From: Salisapilia sapeloensis CBS 127946 | Lineage: Eukaryota; Protista; Oomycota | Reading direction: 5' to 3' | Assembly (NCBI GenBank): GCA_023334545.1 | Contig: JAADVB010000008.1 | Span: 62,001-126,000, forward strand | DNA length: 64,000 bases | Part shown: positions 56,922 through 64,000 of the stretch, one piece after another | Layout: every line of letters starts with the position of its first letter | Position numbering within the stretch: position 1 is the stretch's first letter | The notes under the pieces: generated by a model | The model's input: only the letters and a program-made list of their open reading frames with translations | What the model was told of the DNA's origin: nothing | Databases searched by the model: none | Program-made: the position numbers and the translations under genes

Positions 56922-58727
56922 CGCTCTTTAAGAACGGTTTCCTATGCCACTCCTGGTGGTACAGTGGCTGTTTTCAGATTTTAAATAATACAATTGTTTA
57001 CTTTTGGTATAAAGCAAAAGTGTTGCTTGCCGTTGTGATGAATTTCCAGAGTGCAGTACTGACTTTAATCGATGTTTTTGGACGTTGGTGCTTCTCGTAT
57101 GCACATAGCCAATAGTGTAGATATATTCACTCTTATCTGTCCTTTTGATCGCTTTTTGGTCAATGCTAGCCGCTTAGATTATCGATTGACGTCTCTGTTT
57201 CGTGAGAAATGCCGTCCATGCATGACATATCTAGCGTAAATGTGAAACGAAATGAACGTTCGAGAGGCACAAAATTGATGGGATTTATAGGCTACTTTAA
57301 TAGCGTCTAAAGTGTGGATATTTGTTTTATCAATCTACTTTGATATTCATAGGTTCAAAAATATGCACAGTTCGATTGTCATGAATGACATACTGAGTTA
57401 TAACGTTGTAATCAAGATAGCCTATAGTAAAGATCCAAATTCATCAAACTGTTATAAAATTTTGAACTAGCATTGATGCGCTCTAAGTGGCCATGCATAG
57501 TACAATTGAACTGAAAGCACATAGCTAGACACTGGAACAACAGTTTCATCTTACTGATTCTACGTGAGTCATATTCTAACACAATACTCGTGTAGTATCT
57601 CTGGTCTACTATTCTTTTTAATTATATTGCCTCGAGGCTTTATAAACCAGCTTTGAATGCAAGTACTTCATATTTCTTTCGCGTAGACTGTATCCACTCG
57701 TCGTTATCAGGACTTCAACGTTTATCAGATCTGATTTCCGGAACGGATTGTCGAATCTTTCCCGTCTAATGGCTGCTGGGAAACTTTACAAGTACTAGAG
57801 TGGATAGAGTACTTATCTCTGAAATATGATCCGTCCTGTGAAGTCTAAGCAGACACTTGGCCCGTGTGTTTGCCTCCATTGCGGTCATTCATCAGAAAAC
57901 CGAAGTGACCAGTCTGTTGGGCTTGTAGAAGCAGCGTGAGGTACTTTAAGCAAAGCATCGCCAATACGATCGTTTATAGCTAAATCGAAAGCAGCTTTCA
58001 TGACAGGACTGCTTTTATAGGTTAGGATAATAAAATTTTGCTGATACATTCCCGTCGCAACATAACAGATAAGCGTGTGCAGTGAATTTATATGCGAACG
58101 CACTCAAGCCATGCCGACGAAAGCTTTTACACAGAGTAATCGCACTCGGGTGACAACGTTCAAACTAGTCTATTCGAGTACTTGGTGTGTGATCAAAGAT
58201 ACGATTCCTTTTTAAGCATATTCTGGACGGAGGTTTTTTGCAAGAGCCTGAAAGCTTTCGATGTTTTTATATCCTTGTACAAAGCACGAGTTAAAGCTCT
58301 GACACCCAGCTGCATAGATCTTGTTTACCATTTCGATATTTCTTATCTCACAACGCATTACTGGTATGTCGTAGGTAGAGAAGGATGTATGTTACTATAC
58401 TGGTGAACTACGGGAATGGAAACTAGAAGACTGTCGATATGTGGCTTGAAAAGGGCTACATCGGCTGAATGACCATCCGAGGTCATTGTGACCAACAATT
58501 TGATTTATTGCATTCTAACACTATTGTAACCTTCTGTCACGAACTCAAGCCGTCACTACATGGAACCTCACCAACGAACCAGTCTACCCGAAGATGACTC
58601 CGATAGAAAAAATTGCGTACTATGCTGACCATTCGTGGATTTGATTGATTTGTATTTTCATCCGCACTTCATATCATTCATACTTGGATCTGCTTCATCA
58701 AACACAAGATCCTTCCACGTTGAGCAC

Positions 58728-60431
58728 ATGAAGTCGAAAGTGAGCAAGAAGCGCACACCTGGAGTGTCGTCTACTACTCATAGTACAGAAATGTACGACT
58801 TCATGCGATCCACTACTAGTACGAACTTTAGCATCCAGTCTCCGGTCACGAATGGTAACGCAAATTCTTCCAACGTGATTATGTACGGGTCCCGTGAGAG
58901 TGCTCTTGTATCTCCTCAAACGATCACGACGAACTTCGTGCAGTCCACATCAGCCATGAAAACCCTTCGTCAGACATTTATAGATGGAAAGACACTACCA
59001 TTGGAGCACAGGAAGAAACTCCTTCGCAACCTTCAGATCATGGTCACGGAAGGACAGCGACAGCTCACAGATGCTATATGGCTCGATTTAAAACGCCATC
59101 CTGCAGAAACCTATAGCTTGGAACTTTCGGCTGTACATGCTGAGATCCAGCTTCACCTTGATCATTTGAACGAATGGGTCAAGCCGAAAGTGATTACGAA
59201 CTATAACTTTACGACATGGCCGTCCCAGTCGTATATCGTCACTCAGCCGAGAGGTGTGATCTGTATCCTCGGTGCTTGGCACTTGCCGATCCGTATGATG
59301 CTACTGCCACTCATCGCTGCCTTGAGTGCTGGGAACTGTGCTCTACTCATCTTTTCCGGCGGAGATACTACTAAAAACACGAACGAGGCTCTTGCTTCTC
59401 TTCTAGAGCGCTACGTTGACCAGCGCTACGTGCGACTTGTTGGAGGCGGTCGAGAGATGGCAACTCATGTGCTATTGCATGAACAGTTCGACCTTGTCTT
59501 TGCCTCTGGCGGGCCATTGATGGGTCGTGTAGTTGCAAGAGCTGCGTCCGAGTCATTGACACCAACGATCTTAGAACTTGGAGGGAAGAACCCAGCAATT
59601 GTGACGCATACTTGCAATGTCCAAATGGCAGCAAAGAAGATTGCATGGGCATCTTTCTTAAATGCTGGCCAGACGAGTATGCGACCAGACTATGTGCTTG
59701 TCGATGCTCTAGTTGGTGATAAGTTCACAAAGGCAGTGGAGTCCTGGGTCATGCATTTCTATGGTAGCGATCCGAAGTCGAGCGAAAGCTTTGGTCGACT
59801 CGTGAACAAGCGAGCATTCGACCGGATCGATTCCATCCTGAAGAGCGATCGGCGATGGATTACTTTCGGTGGATACAAGGACGCTCGAGACAAATTCATT
59901 TCGCCCACGTTACTACACTTTGGTAAGAACCTTCCTGCGTTCGGTACGAGTTCCGCCATGGTTGACGAGATCTTTGGACCGATACTACCCATCGTCTACT
60001 ACAATCAAGGACACATTGACAGTGCCTTGATGTTCGTCTTGCAAAGAACTCGACCTTTAGCTCTATATCTCTTTACACAAGATGAATACGTTCGTCATCG
60101 AGTTGAGCAGCGGATGCACTCTGGAAGCTTTGTGGTGAACGACTGCATGGCACATACCTTTCATCCGACGCTACCTGTTGGTGGCATTGGTGGCTCGGGT
60201 ATGGGCAAGTATCAAGGCAAAGCTGGCTTTGACGCTTTCTCTCACCAGAAGAGTACGTTACGAAAGTCTGAATGGAATGATTTGGAGGCAAAGTATCCTC
60301 CGTACACAGACGCAAGTGAAAGCAAGTTGAAGAGAGCGATGCAACCGTCAAAGCGAACGCATCGAACGGTGGCTGTACTTGGCCTCGTTCTCTTTATCAT
60401 CATTTTCTTGTTGATCTTATCGACCATTTGA
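58728..60431 (+). CDS. ALDH3-family (fatty aldehyde dehydrogenase-like) protein with C-terminal TM anchor; catalytic Cys replaced
   Basis: PRGVICILGAW, LELGGKNP, NAGQTSMRPDY, EIFGPILPI, RPLALYLFT, GGSGMGKYQGKAGFDAFSH and a hydrophobic tail. Confidence 0.9.
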   Translation: MKSKVSKKRTPGVSSTTHSTEMYDFMRSTTSTNFSIQSPVTNGNANSSNVIMYGSRESALVSPQTITTNFVQSTSAMKTLRQTFIDGKTLPLEHRKKLLRNLQIMVTEGQRQLTDAIWLDLKRHPAETYSLELSAVHAEIQLHLDHLNEWVKPKVITNYNFTTWPSQSYIVTQPRGVICILGAWHLPIRMMLLPLIAALSAGNCALLIFSGGDTTKNTNEALASLLERYVDQRYVRLVGGGREMATHVLLHEQFDLVFASGGPLMGRVVARAASESLTPTILELGGKNPAIVTHTCNVQMAAKKIAWASFLNAGQTSMRPDYVLVDALVGDKFTKAVESWVMHFYGSDPKSSESFGRLVNKRAFDRIDSILKSDRRWITFGGYKDARDKFISPTLLHFGKNLPAFGTSSAMVDEIFGPILPIVYYNQGHIDSALMFVLQRTRPLALYLFTQDEYVRHRVEQRMHSGSFVVNDCMAHTFHPTLPVGGIGGSGMGKYQGKAGFDAFSHQKSTLRKSEWNDLEAKYPPYTDASESKLKRAMQPSKRTHRTVAVLGLVLFIIIFLLILSTI

Positions 60432-60479
60432 TTTGGTGTTACAAGTAGTTTCGATTAATCACATGAGATCCTACTTGTC

Positions 60480-61964
60480 TTAGTCTCGTAGCTGTCCGAT
60501 CGGTTTTCCAAGCATTAACTGTCATTCACATACCATTAGCTTTTCAATTAGCTTGCTAGTGTTTGTTAAAGTACCTTTTCTCCTGGTTGTGTCGTGAATT
60601 GGAAGTTTTTAGGTGCTTCGAAGACGAGGACGACGGTTGATCCGAGTCGGAACTGTGCCACTTCATCTCCTTTCCCTGTGTCCATCCCACTTCCGTACTC
60701 TTTAATGAAACACTTTTTGTCTTCCGCAGCTTGATCCTGCTCCTTGACATTCGTCAAAAAGTCTGGCTCAGCGGACAAGGTGATGGACCCGACGTTCGTG
60801 GCACCGACTGCAGACATACTGAACATCCCGTGCTGCCACTTTCCCATCAACACCACTCGTTCGTTTTCGACGAATAAGCTCGGAATGAGCTTGGCTGCTC
60901 GAGAGTTGACTGGGAAGAGGTTACCAGGAAAATGGCGTCGTTCCATCACCTTCCAGTCGATCGGTGAGTGGATACGATGGTAGTCGCCAGGGGCCAAGTA
61001 GATGACACACTGGTACAAAACCTTGTTCGGGTCTTTCGACCGCCATGAAGGAAAGTCTCCAATAAAGTCATCCAGACGATAGCGAGCTCCTTTGATCTGC
61101 TCTAGAGTTGCAGTAGGTGTAGTTTCATCCACGATACCAAAGGATGTGATCACGCCGTCCACAGGAGACGTGAGGACGCGTGGGTTCATCTCGATTGGAC
61201 GCACGTCGTCCTTTAGTGGACGAGAGAAGAACTCGGCTAGATTGCGGTACGATTCCAGCGGGTATCTACGCACTTGCGAGTTAAAAGGATAGACACAATG
61301 CCAATTAATAGGACGTACTTTGCTTCATCGAGGTTACAGTCGTAGACGTAGGTCCAAGCCTTGTACACTGGAGCTCGAAGGAACGTCGGTCTACAAGTTA
61401 CATATTAATTATTAGATCTATAGATGGATTGAAACATCTTACAGTTCCTTGTCGTGGACTTTGCCCCAGAGGCGAGAGATGGCTCGATAGGGAAGCAGTT
61501 TAATCGATTCCAGCTACCGCATGTGAGACATTGTGCTCTATGATAAATATGTGGAGAAAGGAGTACTTGTCTTTGGGTTGCCATGCCACTCTCGAATTCA
61601 GTTGGCGGTGTAGGAAGCCTCGTCACTGCCAGTGATGGACCTTCGCGACGGTCATCAGCGGCAATGCTTAGATGATACCATTGCAACGCTGCAATCAGTG
61701 CAAATCCACCTGCTGCCGGCACTTTCCAGCCCATTGGGTTACCCCACCCAGGCGGAACGTCATCCTTTGGGGCTTCATGTTTGGTCTTTTGCTTGCTAGA
61801 AAATGAGCGGACTCTGTACGACGATCACATCGTGTAGGCGATTAGTTTAAAGATTTAATGTGTTGGAATGATAGATTGCGAATCGAGCATGTAGCATACC
61901 TTGATGAACGCGCTGAAAGTCTGAAAGCGAATCGTGGCGAGGCTCTCGAGGGTGCTGCCAACAT
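60480..61964 (-). CDS. PISD: Phosphatidylserine decarboxylase, mitochondrial type
   Basis: Multi-exon with a presequence from ATG 61964. Motifs FFSRPLK, SPVDG, YLAPGDYHRIHSP, NERVVL, VGATNVGSI and the self-cleavage motif FRLGSTVVLVFE; last exon LMLGKPIG with stop at 60480-82. Confidence 0.93.
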
Positions 61965-62253
61965 GGTTGCTACTCCACAGCGTAAGTGAACAATAACGAT
62001 TTAACAAGCACATAAAGTATTATTTTGATAAATACATACAAAATTATAGTGTATTATAGGCTTTCAGTTTCACTAGATGTATAATTTAATCTTAACAAGG
62101 CTGTATTACGAATAAAGTGAAAGGTTTTGGGCATAATGGCTACGAATTAGACTAGCCAAGCTCGACGCCATCCGACGAAATTCTTAAGCGAATCGAAAGG
62201 TTTTCATCCCTTGTGTAATCTCTGCACTCCTTTTATAGACCTAGAACTGAATT

Positions 62254-63029
62254 ATGGACTCGTGGGGTATGTACACATATGCATAATGTTATTGTACGAG
62301 GAATCTTAAATTAAAATTGGTCTAGACGATGATGAATTTGAGGTGCCAACCATTAATGCGAACAACGCCACCAAGCTGAACTGGGACGATGAAGAAGAAG
62401 AGGAGGAAGCACCTGCCCCTGTCCAGGAGCCCACGCCGAGTGCACCCAAGGGTCCGCTCAAGCCCAAGCAGCTCAAGAAGCTAAAAATGAAGGAGCTCGA
62501 GGAAAAACGCGAGTTGGAAGTCAAGCTCGCCAAGGCTCGCTTGGAAGACCAGGCGAATGAGACGGAGGACCAGCGTAAAGCCCGTGAGAAGGCTGCGATG
62601 GAAGAGGCGGACTTTGAAGCTGCTGTCGATGCGTTTGCCAGTGTCCCTCTCAAATCGGCCAAGGCCAGTGGCGATGACAGCGTCGAGGGCAGTATCGAGA
62701 GCATGCGTCTCATGTCGCTAGCTGACCACGAGAAGCTCGGTGAAGCCGTCTCGAAGCGTCTAGCTGACTCGAACGCCAAGTACGCTTTGGAGTGCATTAA
62801 GGTCTTGTTGACGAAAGGCACACAGAGTCTCAGTGCCGACGACATGAAGGAGCTGACGACGATTTTGAACGTCGTGAAGAACGATAAAATCCAACGTGCT
62901 AAGCCCAAGACCAAGAAGAAGAAGCAGTCGGGTCGTCAAGGCTATGCGAATGTCGAACGCAGTGCTCCGACTCGAGGCGTCGGCGCGATGGACTATGACG
63001 AGTACGATGACTTTGATGATTTCATGTAA
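62254..63029 (+). CDS. EIF3J: Eukaryotic translation initiation factor 3 subunit J
   Basis: First exon MDSW, intron 62267-62325, then NWDDEEEEEE, AMEEADFEAAVDAF, a helical domain and terminal DYDEYDDFDDFM. Confidence 0.88.
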
Positions 63030-63071
63030 GCAGCTAGAAGGAAATACAAGACGCTTGCGAAAAACCTTGCT

Positions 63072-64000
63072 TTAGTAGTAATTATTTCGAATGAACTGGT
63101 CTGACGTCCGACGCTTTCGACTCACTTCATTCGCCACTTGGTGCGTCGCATACAGCGTCTGCAGAGCTTTCATGCGTTGGGCACTCAGGAAGAGCGGTCG
63201 ACCTCGTCGAAGGTTAATGTCCTCTTCTCCAAACTTATCAAGGTAAGGAGATCCAAAGTAAGAGCTGCGAGGACCGTAGACGAGTAGCACCGAGCTCACG
63301 CGCATGAGGAAGAACATGCCGACACCTGCGCCACATGTCAGCGCGTGGTAAGTGCATGCGCCCATACCATTCTGTCGTCGACAGCAGTCGCTGCCAGCGC
63401 ACAGGACCTGTCCGCAGACGAGGCAGATGGCTGGGTTCTCGACAATGTTCCACGTCTGTCGACACTTGCTCTTGCCTAAGATATCCGAATGCAAGTCCGT
63501 GTACAGACTAGCCAGCGAGACCAGCCGGACGCTAGTGAAAGCGTAGCGGAGGGTAGGATCGTCACTGTCGTTCGTCATGCTGTCGCCTCGCATACGACGT
63601 AGAGGTAGAGGCGGCATCACTTTCCAGTTACATTCTAGCACCTCATTGTCTACAGTCGTCGTCTTCGCCATGGCCGTGAGCAACGCCTCAGCATCGCCCT
63701 TCTCTTCATACGACACTCTCGCCTGATCCTCCACGGCTGCTAGACGGTGTGTCCGTAGCTGAGACGCAGCCATCAAGAGGTAGTTTAGCATATCGGCGTT
63801 GGACAAGACTTGCTCCACGGACGGCACACCTAGCTGCTCGGCCATGTCGTCGTACTTTGTCGTGAGTCTCAAGGACTGGACAAAGTTGGCACTCCACGAT
63901 GCGTCAGGGTCCTGCTCTGCTCGGAAGCAGGCGCGACAGAGCAGCGTCATTTCCCGCATGAAGGCCAGACAGCTCGATTCGAACATGCACCGAAGCTGCT
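63072..64000 (-). CDS. UBR1/PRT6-type N-degron E3 ligase, C-terminal part (5' end outside the window)
   Basis: PAICLVCGQVLC...CC...GACTYHALTCGAGVGMFF...SPYLDKFGEED..LRRGRPLFL is the conserved UBR1-3/PRT6 C-terminal domain. Confidence 0.88.
   Translation of the reverse strand, partial: QLRCMFESSCLAFMREMTLLCRACFRAEQDPDASWSANFVQSLRLTTKYDDMAEQLGVPSVEQVLSNADMLNYLLMAASQLRTHRLAAVEDQARVSYEEKGDAEALLTAMAKTTTVDNEVLECNWKVMPPLPLRRMRGDSMTNDSDDPTLRYAFTSVRLVSLASLYTDLHSDILGKSKCRQTWNIVENPAICLVCGQVLCAGSDCCRRQNGMGACTYHALTCGAGVGMFFLMRVSSVLLVYGPRSSYFGSPYLDKFGEEDINLRRGRPLFLSAQRMKALQTLYATHQVANEVSRKRRTSDQFIRNNYY

Noticed and set aside
57591-57601. GTGTAGTATCT resembling the U2 snRNA branch-point pairing region
   Set aside because: Only 11 nt match; the flanking U2 stem I and Sm site are absent.
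57885-58103. KAAFDLAI peptide reminiscent of a LINE reverse-transcriptase motif
   Set aside because: A single weak motif with no other RT motifs in frame.
5641-61964. Phosphatidylethanolamine and lipid theme (ethanolamine kinase, FABP-like, ALDH3-like, PISD)
   Set aside because: The two pairs are more than 50 kb apart and convergent; compatible with chance.
62306-62914. 202-aa minus-strand ORF antisense to eIF3j
   Set aside because: A Ser/Leu/Phe-rich mirror of the Glu/Lys-rich sense protein; a shadow ORF.
1-64000. CRISPR arrays, rRNA, intact transposons, prokaryotic defence operons
   Set aside because: The sequence is intron-containing eukaryotic DNA. I saw no regularly spaced repeats, rRNA signatures, LTR/TIR pairs or transposase/RT ORFs.

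Overview
Gene-dense eukaryotic DNA, most likely from an oomycete. This is inferred from the START/FYVE, M96-like bZIP, WRKY19-like and multi-TM families, a GH72 glucanosyltransferase, and GT-AG introns of about 50-100 nt. The window holds about 30 protein-coding genes, many as tight head-to-head or tail-to-tail pairs: ATG13, INTS5, ethanolamine kinase, GH72, CSTF2, ZMYND10-like, PDCD4, DUS1, M17 aminopeptidase, PHAX, mitochondrial ProRS, HTATIP2, EMC10, ALDH3-like, PS decarboxylase, eIF3j and a UBR-type E3. It also holds one tRNA-Ala(AGC), one multiply inactivated START/FYVE pseudogene and several AT-richer gene-poor intervals. I saw no CRISPR array and no intact mobile element. Most notable: (1) a ~220-nt structured intergenic element (46322-46540) whose minus strand carries a TTTAGGG-complementary template inside a telomerase-RNA-like fold; (2) one polypeptide fusing an H3K36-class SET domain, Tudor-like, RRM-like, cyclin T/K-like and catalytically dead CDK9/12-like modules; (3) several intact but apparently catalytically dead or truncated enzyme homologs. 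All calls come from reading the sequence by eye; no database searches or folding programs were run.
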